A stretch of DNA of 17,930 bases. Origin: Fidelibacterota bacterium (lineage in GTDB: Bacteria; Fidelibacterota; Marinisomatia; Marinisomatales; JABMOV01). The notes under the pieces are model-generated. The model worked only from the letters and a program-made list of their open reading frames with translations. It did not search any database and was not told the DNA's origin. The stretch's first letter is position 1. Each line of letters begins with the position of its first letter. Position numbers and translations under genes: made by a program. Location of the stretch: assembly GCA_046861395.1 (NCBI GenBank), contig JBHHUC010000042.1:1-17930 (forward strand), read 5' to 3'. Shown one piece after another: positions 7,798 through 15,242 of this stretch.

Positions 7798-9719
7798 TGT
7801 TGATCCATTTCTGTTTCTTTAAAAACCCGGGACAGGAAGTTTTCGTAGGAGACGGTCAGGTCAAAGCGGCGGTTCTGGTATTTCAGGATGGCATGATAGC
7901 GTTTTTCGAAAATCTGGTTATATTTACCATCTACCTCTTTTTGGCTGAATCCCACTTTGATTTTTATCGCGCGCGAAAGACGGCGGAAGGCTTCCAGCAT
8001 AATGAACGTATTCATCTGGCGATCATCTTTTAGTGGTAGGAATTCTGAACCATATTGCAGATTCAGCATGATGTACTGGGTCAGGAATGAACCCAGGATC
8101 GTATTGAAGCCGGTATCCAGACGTTCGTAGGGCGTAATGGAAGAATTGGAACTGGTGTATTCGCTGGTCAGCTTAACAGGCGGATAATCCACAGTGATAA
8201 AATAACTGCGGTCGCGTCGGTTATCCTCCACCGTAAGTGTTGTCCAATCCGATTTGGGATATTCCATCGTACTTTGCCGCATCCCGAAATTCAGTCCCCA
8301 GAAAGTCTGATAATCGTAGCTGACACCAAATTGTTTCCCCACGGAACCCGACACTTCGTTTTTTCTTCCCTGCCATTGGTAACGGATCAGGACGGCCTGA
8401 CTATCGGGAATGGAAGTGGTGGGTGTTTTTATTAATTCCACCCGGTTGTCAAACACCAGGACGGAATAATCCAGGTCGGCCTGGTATTGAAATGTTCCTT
8501 CGGCATTGAAGACTTCAATGGTGGCGGGAAGTATGTTTTCCTGGCGGAGAATAATTTGGTCGAAAATGTCAAAATTCAGAACATCTTCCACCCATCGTTT
8601 CAGCGGGTCCTCACTGTTAATATTTTCCCAATGAGGAAGATAGGCATAATTCATATTCAGGCGACCCACCGGTAGCTTCTTCGTGTATTGCCAATCACCG
8701 GTAAAGTCCGTCGTACGCTGTTGGTAATCGTGTTCGATATAATAATCCTGCCGGAGAGACAGAAGCGTTGTAAGGCTGGCGTATAGCTGGTGGTTCAGGG
8801 CCGTATTCGCGGTATGACTGCGATTGACCCGGCCGTTCGTATCACTGTAGCGAAATAAATATCCGGCCGTGGAGTTCAGAGTATGGGACCATTCATAATT
8901 GGCCGAATTGGTGATATTGACGGTTTGAAGATCCTCCTTACTCAATATCTGGTTGACAAACAGAGAAGAATAGAGCTCCGATTTTCCCTTGTTGTGTAAA
9001 GGCAGGGAATTGCTGGACTGGAGGGTCATATTACGCACGTCGGTACGGTACAATCCCTTTTCTTCCCGGATAACACGGCTGAAATTCAGGTTGGCTGAAC
9101 CATTGATCGATTGCATTGTACCCCAAGCTCCCCGTAATCCAGAAGTGCGTTCTGCGTGGATGATAGAACGGTTACCGTATGCTTCGGCTCGTCGACTCCT
9201 ACCTGTTTCCATATTGAGACAAAAAGACGGTGTCCGCCAGCTTCCCCGCGTGTACCAGCGCCGGGAGCGATTGATGGAATTGTCAAAAAAATTACTATTC
9301 AGTTTACTGTACTTCTGATTATATCCCATGGCAAAATTCAACGGTTTACTCCCCAGCCAGATACTCTGAAAGGCAATATCATTGAAAACATTCTGACTTC
9401 TGGTTTTCTCCTGCTCGGAAAAAGCCTGGGCGTAAACATTCTGGTTCACCCCTAGACCTGTGTTCAGACTGTAAAACATGAGGTTGGGGTGATAAATGCT
9501 TCCGGTGCCGTTTACCCCGATCGATTCGAAAAATGTGTTCAGGGAGGATTTTCCATTAAAGGAAGCGTCGGCGATCTGACGGTCCTTGTTCTGAAGGTCA
9601 GATGAAAAATGCACTTCGTAACCTTTCACGGAAAAGGAAAATAATCTCCGTTGCATCATTTGTCCCGGCACCACCGTCACCAGAATCCAGCACAGCATGA
9701 CGAGTCGTAACCGGTTCAT
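7767..9719 (-). CDS. Large outer-membrane beta-barrel protein (putative porin of a porin-cytochrome conduit)
   Basis: Start re-assigned to ATG 9719, which gives an ATGA overlap with the upstream stop and the signal peptide MNRLRLVMLCWILVTVVPG. About 650 aa rich in alternating amphipathic, Tyr/Ser/Asn-rich strands. C-terminal strand WKIQLDFRS. Located between multiheme cytochrome genes. Confidence 0.75.
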   Translation of the reverse strand: MNRLRLVMLCWILVTVVPGQMMQRRLFSFSVKGYEVHFSSDLQNKDRQIADASFNGKSSLNTFFESIGVNGTGSIYHPNLMFYSLNTGLGVNQNVYAQAFSEQEKTRSQNVFNDIAFQSIWLGSKPLNFAMGYNQKYSKLNSNFFDNSINRSRRWYTRGSWRTPSFCLNMETGRSRRAEAYGNRSIIHAERTSGLRGAWGTMQSINGSANLNFSRVIREEKGLYRTDVRNMTLQSSNSLPLHNKGKSELYSSLFVNQILSKEDLQTVNITNSANYEWSHTLNSTAGYLFRYSDTNGRVNRSHTANTALNHQLYASLTTLLSLRQDYYIEHDYQQRTTDFTGDWQYTKKLPVGRLNMNYAYLPHWENINSEDPLKRWVEDVLNFDIFDQIILRQENILPATIEVFNAEGTFQYQADLDYSVLVFDNRVELIKTPTTSIPDSQAVLIRYQWQGRKNEVSGSVGKQFGVSYDYQTFWGLNFGMRQSTMEYPKSDWTTLTVEDNRRDRSYFITVDYPPVKLTSEYTSSNSSITPYERLDTGFNTILGSFLTQYIMLNLQYGSEFLPLKDDRQMNTFIMLEAFRRLSRAIKIKVGFSQKEVDGKYNQIFEKRYHAILKYQNRRFDLTVSYENFLSRVFKETEMDQQWKIQLDFRS

Positions 9720-10306
9720 GAATCCTCTGAAACATTGGTCCGTAAATACTGTTTGCTGATATTGGAAAAATGAGGTGAATGACAGGATTCGCATTTTTGC
9801 TCCGCTGTGAGCTGATGTTCGGGAATCGTTTCCCTGTCAATGGCTTCGTGGCAAAAGGTACATAGCTCCTGGCCGGCCCGGATTAACAAATGTTCGTTGG
9901 TGGTCCGGTGCGGGTTATGACAAATCATGCATTGTCCCACAGCCACCGGACCATGGGTGTAAAGGCGACGCTCATTAAATTTCTCATGGCAGGTTTTACA
10001 GAGGATATCCACCCTGTTTTCCACCAGTTTGTTGCCAAACCCTGATTCATGGCAATCATTGCAGCGTTTTTCTTTATACGGCTTATGTAAATACCAGGTG
10101 GTCTGCGGCACCCGTGGTTGGCGGGCCTGGGGTTGCGTTGCCGTGGAATCCCGGGTGGAATCTACAACGGTCACCATCTGTTCCTGACTTCCGGGGGGCG
10201 GAACACCATCGAAAAAAAAGGATAACACCTGGTACCTCGTTTCCTCATCACAGCTGGTGGGCAGTGACAGGATGCCAAGTGTAAGGATCATCAGCAGAGA
10301 TTTCAC
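9716..10306 (-). CDS. Pentaheme c-type cytochrome lipoprotein
   Basis: GTG start overlapping the upstream TGA. Lipobox-like LPTS-C, then YQVLSFFFDGVPPP and a Thr/Gln/Pro linker. Five motifs: CNDCH, CKTCH, CMICH, CTFCH, CESCH. Confidence 0.92.
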   Translation of the reverse strand: MKSLLMILTLGILSLPTSCDEETRYQVLSFFFDGVPPPGSQEQMVTVVDSTRDSTATQPQARQPRVPQTTWYLHKPYKEKRCNDCHESGFGNKLVENRVDILCKTCHEKFNERRLYTHGPVAVGQCMICHNPHRTTNEHLLIRAGQELCTFCHEAIDRETIPEHQLTAEQKCESCHSPHFSNISKQYLRTNVSEDS

Positions 10307-11445
10307 TCATTCTCACCGTTTTCTGTGGATTCCTTTTTTGTGGGCGTGGGCAACAGGGGAAGGGCATCCATCTGGGTGCTGTCCACTTCGATTTTTCCGT
10401 AAAACGTGATTTTATCAGGCCCGTACTGATTCGTCACTGCCAACAGTTCCGTAAGTCGGTAGCCAGATAATACATAATCGGAAAAATAGTCCAGACTGGT
10501 AGTGTCGATGGTAATCTGAGCCGGCAGATACATATCCCCCGGCCCCTGATAGGGACCACCGAAAAACATGAGCAACTGCCCTTCACGATTGAACATCTGA
10601 ACATTCTCGAAAGCCGAGTCCACCACATAGAGTACACCGTCCTTATCGACGGCAATTCCCTTGGGCCGGGCGAATTTCCCCAAGTTGCGTCCAATCCCGC
10701 CCACGGATTTGATATATCGACCGCGATGGTCGAATTCATTCACGCGAAATTGACCGAAATCCGTGATGTAAATATTCCCGTTATTTCCGATAGCGATGGA
10801 ATAGGGCACAAACACACGCTGGGAATCGGGTAGATCAAGATTATGGGGGGGGAATTCACCGATCGGCTGCTTCCGCGATTTTGACCACACTTCGACCACG
10901 CGATCATCGTAATCGGTGACCAGTAGTGAGTCACCGTAAAATATCAAATCAATCGGTTTCCAGGAATCGCTTGTCAGGGCATATTTATATTTCAGATCTT
11001 TGTCATAAACCACAACTTGCTGCCGTTCTGTATCCGTGACATAAATGTCACCGTTATTGTCGACCGCAACATTGATGGGTTTACGCAGAACACCACGACC
11101 TCCCGGACTGAAAGTCCGCATATCTTTATTTTCCAAATCGATGATGACCAGTCCCGGTAACATGGAATCACAAATATAGATTTTTCCGTGTTTTACTGCA
11201 ATTCCGTAGGGCTTTTCAATACCGATTTCCAGTTCCATGAGTGAGCTCCCGAATAGGAACTGATCCAGTTTCCCCGGCTGCTTGATATCGGATGAGCTGG
11301 AAATGGCCCGAAGGAACTGTAATTTTGCCTCTGCTGGAGGCGGCGGATAAATGGGAATGTTTTCGAAGTCTACCAGTACTTTCGTCGTAGGGGCGGCGCA
11401 CCCCGCCAGCAAGAATAATAATCCTATCACTATAAATTTTTTCAT
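10303..11445 (-). CDS. NHL-repeat beta-propeller lipoprotein
   Basis: Lipobox LAG-C and YPPPPAEAKLQF. NHL repeats EKPYGIAV, LRKPINVAVDNNGDIYVTD, FARPKGIAVDKDGVLYVVDSAFENVQMF. RBS AAAGGAAGG. Confidence 0.93.
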   Translation of the reverse strand: MKKFIVIGLLFLLAGCAAPTTKVLVDFENIPIYPPPPAEAKLQFLRAISSSSDIKQPGKLDQFLFGSSLMELEIGIEKPYGIAVKHGKIYICDSMLPGLVIIDLENKDMRTFSPGGRGVLRKPINVAVDNNGDIYVTDTERQQVVVYDKDLKYKYALTSDSWKPIDLIFYGDSLLVTDYDDRVVEVWSKSRKQPIGEFPPHNLDLPDSQRVFVPYSIAIGNNGNIYITDFGQFRVNEFDHRGRYIKSVGGIGRNLGKFARPKGIAVDKDGVLYVVDSAFENVQMFNREGQLLMFFGGPYQGPGDMYLPAQITIDTTSLDYFSDYVLSGYRLTELLAVTNQYGPDKITFYGKIEVDSTQMDALPLLPTPTKKESTENGENE

Positions 11446-11470
11446 TCGACCTTCCTTTCAATGAAGAAAA

Positions 11471-11486
11471 AGCAAACTTTATGCCA
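11471..11486 (-). promoter_or_regulatory. Sigma54 (-24/-12) promoter of the cytochrome operon
   Basis: Minus strand reads TGGCATAAAGTTTGCT, i.e. GG-N10-GC matching TGGCAY-N5-TTGCW, 25 nt upstream of the first start codon. The operon encodes a sigma54 activator. Confidence 0.88.
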
Positions 11487-11589
11487 CCACCCCGAGGATT
11501 TCGATTCTTACACCTGTGATAGCCAAAACCTGTTTTTCCCGGAACTGTAGAAAACTTACAGCGGGAATACAGTCGGAATAAATGAAAAT

Positions 11590-11605
11590 TGTGGATTATT
11601 ACGCA
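11590..11605. promoter_or_regulatory. Candidate upstream activator site (TGnG-N8-CnCA dyad)
   Basis: TGTGGATTATTACGCA lies about 105-120 bp upstream of the -24 element. It is 14/16 identical to TGGGGATTATTACACA at 11751-11766. Confidence 0.55.
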
Positions 11606-11718
11606 GTTTGAAGAAAAGGATATCCAATCCATTAATCATTGATTATACTTACACTACACAAATAAATCAGAAGCATCAGCTGTCAAACGAAGTGAAAATT
11701 CCGCATTTGACAGTGTAT

Positions 11719-11766
11719 TGTGTAATAATCCCCAGTAAAAAACAAAATACTGGGGATTATTACACA
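11719..11766. repeat. Perfect 19-bp inverted repeat with 10-nt spacer (hairpin and/or paired activator sites)
   Basis: TGTGTAATAATCCCCAGTA-AAAAACAAAA-TACTGGGGATTATTACACA, 18 nt past the c554 stop codon. No U-tract follows on the minus strand. Confidence 0.9.
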
Positions 11767-11784
11767 TTCAGCAAGGAACAATAA

Positions 11785-12375
11785 TTATTGCTGACGAAAT
11801 CCCTCCGGAAAATTGTGAGCGATTTTCTGTACGAATTCATCAAAGTTGAACGGCTTGTAACTGGGGCTTTCTTCATTGTGGCATTTTACGCATGTTTTCT
11901 CATCCGGGATAGTTAACCCGTAATCTGCTGCCGCCAGTGTGCCGTCAAAAATGCCCTTCATAGTTTTCTTCTTCTTATACTTTGAGCCGGGACCGTGGCA
12001 GGCTTCGCAGCCCACGGACTGTAAAGCCGACATTAATTTCACTTCTTTGGTTGGCTTTCCTTTATCCGTTACCTGGCTCCAGAAATCATCACCCTTAATT
12101 TCATAACCGCCTTTATCATAGCCGGTTACATGACATTTTACACATTCCGGGGCTTCCGTTGGTGAAACTTTGATTCCTCTTTCCTGGGCATATTTCAATG
12201 CTTCTTCCGTTTTCAGTGCTTCAAAGGCCTTGGCATGTTTAGTTTCAGCCCAAACCGAATACTGCTTCCCGCTCTTTGTTTTATTATGACACATTTTGCA
12301 TTTCTTAGTCCCGACGTAATCCTGGGCCATCAATCCGGTAATACAAAGTACCAGAACTATCCCGAATTTTTTCAT
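11785..12375 (-). CDS. Tetraheme cytochrome c554-family periplasmic protein
   Basis: Start ATG 12375 after a GGAGG RBS. Signal peptide ending LMA/QD. YVGTKKCKMCH, W.ETKHAKAF, CVKCHVTG, VGCEACHGPGS, CVKCH; this spacing is typical of the c554 family. Confidence 0.9.
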   Translation of the reverse strand: MKKFGIVLVLCITGLMAQDYVGTKKCKMCHNKTKSGKQYSVWAETKHAKAFEALKTEEALKYAQERGIKVSPTEAPECVKCHVTGYDKGGYEIKGDDFWSQVTDKGKPTKEVKLMSALQSVGCEACHGPGSKYKKKKTMKGIFDGTLAAADYGLTIPDEKTCVKCHNEESPSYKPFNFDEFVQKIAHNFPEGFRQQ

Positions 12376-12434
12376 TGTACCTCCAATTTCATTCACTGTG
12401 ATGCACGAATTTATCCTAAAACTTATTAATAGAG

Positions 12435-12450
12435 AACAAATTTTATGCCA
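12435..12450 (-). promoter_or_regulatory. Putative second sigma54 promoter (non-canonical -12 GT) for the c554 gene
   Basis: Minus strand reads TGGCATAAAATTTGTT, 14/16 identical to the promoter at 11471-11486, about 60 nt upstream of the c554 start. Confidence 0.6.
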
Positions 12451-12504
12451 TGAATTCCTTCTGTGAACCGGCTGGTAATGGATTTAATTTCTCCAATGAT
12501 ACGC

Positions 12505-12978
12505 ATGCGACAGTATTGTTGGCTTCCGGTGCTTTTCCTGGCGATCGTCCTGTTCGCATCCTGCGATACTTCCACTGGCCTGGAACCGGTGACCGGAGTT
12601 GCAGGGCGATTAATCATTTCCGGGCATTGGCCTGATAATATCCATGGCGTTGTGGTGGCCGCTTTTACCGAAATTGATCTAGATAATCCTATTGACTATC
12701 TGGTGGATTTCAGTTCGGTTCTGGAGCCGCCGCAGGATACCTTGTCCTATTTCATCCAGCTATATCCAGGCTCCTTTGTGTTGGCCCCGGTCGGCATTCT
12801 TATCGATCCTGCTTTTCTGGTGGCCAATCTGGATTCCATTATCGCATCCGATTCCATTCCTCTCATTCCGCTCGTTGATCCGGATCCCACCCATTTATTT
12901 GAAACCATCCGCAGCGTGGGGTTGGGTAAGCAATCTGTGACCACCGTTGCGGACATTGTTCTGGAGATTAATCCTTGA
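12505..12978 (+). CDS. Hypothetical lipoprotein
   Basis: MRQYCWLPVLFLAIVLFAS-C lipobox (start 12505 or 12496). The stop overlaps the TTG start of the TonB receptor. Confidence 0.75.
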   Translation: MRQYCWLPVLFLAIVLFASCDTSTGLEPVTGVAGRLIISGHWPDNIHGVVVAAFTEIDLDNPIDYLVDFSSVLEPPQDTLSYFIQLYPGSFVLAPVGILIDPAFLVANLDSIIASDSIPLIPLVDPDPTHLFETIRSVGLGKQSVTTVADIVLEINP

Positions 12979-15149
12979 AACTCCGCTTTTTTGTTATCCT
13001 GCTTGTTGTTTCCTTTCTTGTGGCGCAAACGGGACGGATTTACGGGGTGGTGCAGGATGGTGAATCCGGAGAACCGCTGATCGGCGCCAATATTCTTATC
13101 AAGGGATCACTGCAGGGTACCGCCACGGATGAAAACGGTGAATTTGATCTGTCCCGTCTTTCCCTGGGTCGCCATACCATCTTTGTAACCATGATCGGTT
13201 ATCAAGCCCTTGATCAGGATGTGGAACTGACGGAGCAGTCCCCGGAAGTCTATCTGTCATTGGGGCTGGACCGGGATGTCATCGCCTTGTCCCGCGTTAT
13301 TGTTACGGCCGGACGATCGGAGCAGGATCTCATGGAAGCTCCCTTATCGGTTTCCATTCTGGAACCGCGTGTCATTGAGGAAAAGCTGGCCACTTCTCTG
13401 GAAGAGGTATTGATCTTCCAACCGGGTGTGGCCATCGTGAAAAATCAATTGAATATTCGCGGCGCCTCCGGGTTTACTTTGGGAGCCGGCAGCCGGTCTC
13501 TATTGTTACTGGACGGCATTCCGCTCATGGGCAGTGCCGCCGGCAACATTACCTGGAGCATTGTTCCCACATCTGAGATTAAGCAGGTGGAAATTGTCAA
13601 ATCCGGCGGTTCGGCCCTGTATGGTTCCGGCGCCATGGGCGGCGTCGTAAATATCCTGACACGAACGGCACCTCTGAAGCCGGAAACCCGGATTGCGCTG
13701 AAGAAAGGCATTTATAGTACACCCCGGTTCCGACAATGGCAATGGCGGGAGCAACCGGGATTTTATAATGTACTTGATATTTCCCACGCCCGGCCGTTGG
13801 GATCCCACGGAATGTGGATCCGGTTTCAATCTATTCGGGATGACGGGTATACGGAACTGGGCTGGAAACGAAGTGTCAATTTGACGGGTAAACTGAAATT
13901 GAATTTCGGAAATCGTTTCAGCGGTTCCGTGTATGCCAATTTCCTGGCCGATAACGGAGGCCTGGAATCACAATGGAAAAGTCCCGCCGATCCGTTCGAA
14001 GCTCCGGACAATTCGATCCATGATGAGTCGCAAGGCACCAAATTGAATACTAATGCCGGTTTGAGCATTATTCTCAATTCCCGTTCCATCCTGCGTTTGA
14101 AAACAGCGCTTTATGATGTACACTGGAAAAATACAGGCACCAATAATGATACTTCCGATGAACAAAAATTCTATGGCGACATCCAGTATGATGTTCGCCT
14201 GTGGGGTCGGCTGCGGCTGGTATCGGGTATGACGGTTCAGCGGGCCCAAATTGATGCCGACATTTTCGGGAAACATACTACATTCACCCATGCTGAATAC
14301 GCCCTTTTGAAGGGTAAAATTGGGGCCGGACTCTTATCGCTGGGTGGTCGGTTCGAAAGTTTTCTGGTGGACGGCACACTCCTGGATCAGCAATTCATTC
14401 CCCAGATTGCCGCCAATTATCGGCTGGCACCGTGGTTTTCTTTGCGCACGTCCGTGGGGAAGGGATTCCGTTCGCCCACGGTTGCCGAACTCTTTTCCCG
14501 CTCCCGGCTGAATGTATTTACCATTGCACCCAATCCCAATCTGGAGGCCGAAATTTCCCTGGGCAGCGAAATCGGTTTCACCGCCCGGGTTGCCGGCCGC
14601 TCCTCCTTTCTCAATTATCTTCAGGCCGACGGAGCCTGGTTTACAACTTCCTTCGAGCAGTTGATTGAACCGACTCCCGATTCATTTGGTGTCATACATT
14701 TTCAAAATGTGACCAAAGCCCGGATTTCCGGATTTGATTTCGGTCTCCAGGGACAGTTCCTGGCGCGGCACGTTATGGTGCAGGGGGCCTATACTTATTT
14801 GAATCCTGATGTTCTTAGTCCGGCCGGTGATGTCATCGACACCCTGGCCTATCGCTATCGTCAGCATTTCACGCAAACCGTAACCGTCCGCCTCGGTCCC
14901 TGGTCCTTCTCTATTGATTCCCGACATACCAGCGCGCTGGAAAAGACAAAATTATTTTCGGAAAATCCCTTAACCGGGAGCGACCGGAGGGTGCCGGTTC
15001 ATGTGTGGAACAGCGGGTTGGCCTGGCAGGATCGGCATTGGGAAATTCACTTCCGGGTAGAGAACATTTTTCAGTATTATTACACCGATCTGGAAAGGAA
15101 TATGGGGCCGGAGCGGATGGTTCTTATGTCCGTATTCTGGAAAATATAG
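12975..15149 (+). CDS. TonB-dependent outer-membrane receptor with N-terminal carboxypeptidase-regulatory-like domain
   Basis: GRIYGVVQDGESGEPLIGANILIKG...ATDENGEF. Plug motifs VIVTAGR, LNIRG, LLLLDGIP, IKQVEIVKSGGSALYGSGAMGGVVNILT. FRSP and NPNL motifs. C-terminal VENIF...VFWKI. Confidence 0.95.
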   Translation: MKLRFFVILLVVSFLVAQTGRIYGVVQDGESGEPLIGANILIKGSLQGTATDENGEFDLSRLSLGRHTIFVTMIGYQALDQDVELTEQSPEVYLSLGLDRDVIALSRVIVTAGRSEQDLMEAPLSVSILEPRVIEEKLATSLEEVLIFQPGVAIVKNQLNIRGASGFTLGAGSRSLLLLDGIPLMGSAAGNITWSIVPTSEIKQVEIVKSGGSALYGSGAMGGVVNILTRTAPLKPETRIALKKGIYSTPRFRQWQWREQPGFYNVLDISHARPLGSHGMWIRFQSIRDDGYTELGWKRSVNLTGKLKLNFGNRFSGSVYANFLADNGGLESQWKSPADPFEAPDNSIHDESQGTKLNTNAGLSIILNSRSILRLKTALYDVHWKNTGTNNDTSDEQKFYGDIQYDVRLWGRLRLVSGMTVQRAQIDADIFGKHTTFTHAEYALLKGKIGAGLLSLGGRFESFLVDGTLLDQQFIPQIAANYRLAPWFSLRTSVGKGFRSPTVAELFSRSRLNVFTIAPNPNLEAEISLGSEIGFTARVAGRSSFLNYLQADGAWFTTSFEQLIEPTPDSFGVIHFQNVTKARISGFDFGLQGQFLARHVMVQGAYTYLNPDVLSPAGDVIDTLAYRYRQHFTQTVTVRLGPWSFSIDSRHTSALEKTKLFSENPLTGSDRRVPVHVWNSGLAWQDRHWEIHFRVENIFQYYYTDLERNMGPERMVLMSVFWKI

Positions 15150-15242
15150 AAAATATTTTCTTTTTGCATTTATGGACAAAAGGACTCTATTTTCCGTGGA
15201 TGGCATGAAAAATTAATTAATAACGAGGAATTAGGAGAAACC

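Noticed and set aside
9241..9268. CTTCCCCGCGTGTACCAGCGCCGGGAG, reminiscent of a type I-E CRISPR repeat
   Set aside because: It is a single copy inside a coding region with no spacers or cas genes, so it is a chance resemblance.
13..9455. Numerous plus-strand and alternate-frame ORFs (e.g. 2016-2651, 5937-6542)
   Set aside because: They are shadows of well-supported minus-strand genes and show no recognisable motifs.
3862..9719. Naming the genes mtrA/mtrB/mtrC or omcE/omcS
   Set aside because: Heme counts (15, 13, 5) and sequence patterns do not fit decaheme MtrA/MtrC. The OmcE similarity covers only one domain and rests on recalled sequence, so no gene symbols were assigned.
9720..9794. N-terminal extension of the porin ORF, and likewise 12376-12396, 12463-12495 and 15836-15940 for other ORFs
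   Set aside because: Downstream starts give proper signal peptides and RBS or stop/start coupling. The longer versions overlap neighbouring genes, RBS/promoter regions or a terminator.
11680..11713. 8-bp inverted repeat CTGTCAAA-N18-TTTGACAG, and TAATCA-T-TGATTA at 11633-11645
   Set aside because: Both are short dyads in an AT-rich spacer with no second copy. They could be regulator sites but cannot be distinguished from chance.
11785..12375. Nitrification (hao-cycA) interpretation of the c554 gene
   Set aside because: No hao or cycB gene is in the window, and c554-family domains are widespread outside ammonia oxidisers.
1..12450. Claim that the locus is a complete respiratory pathway
   Set aside because: No inner-membrane quinol oxidoreductase (CymA/NapC, ImcH, CbcL type) or cytochrome c maturation genes are in the window. 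They must be encoded elsewhere and cannot be confirmed here.
15201..15216. TGGCATGAAAAATTAA as a third sigma54 promoter
   Set aside because: It has the -24 TGGCA but no TTGC-like -12 element at the required spacing.
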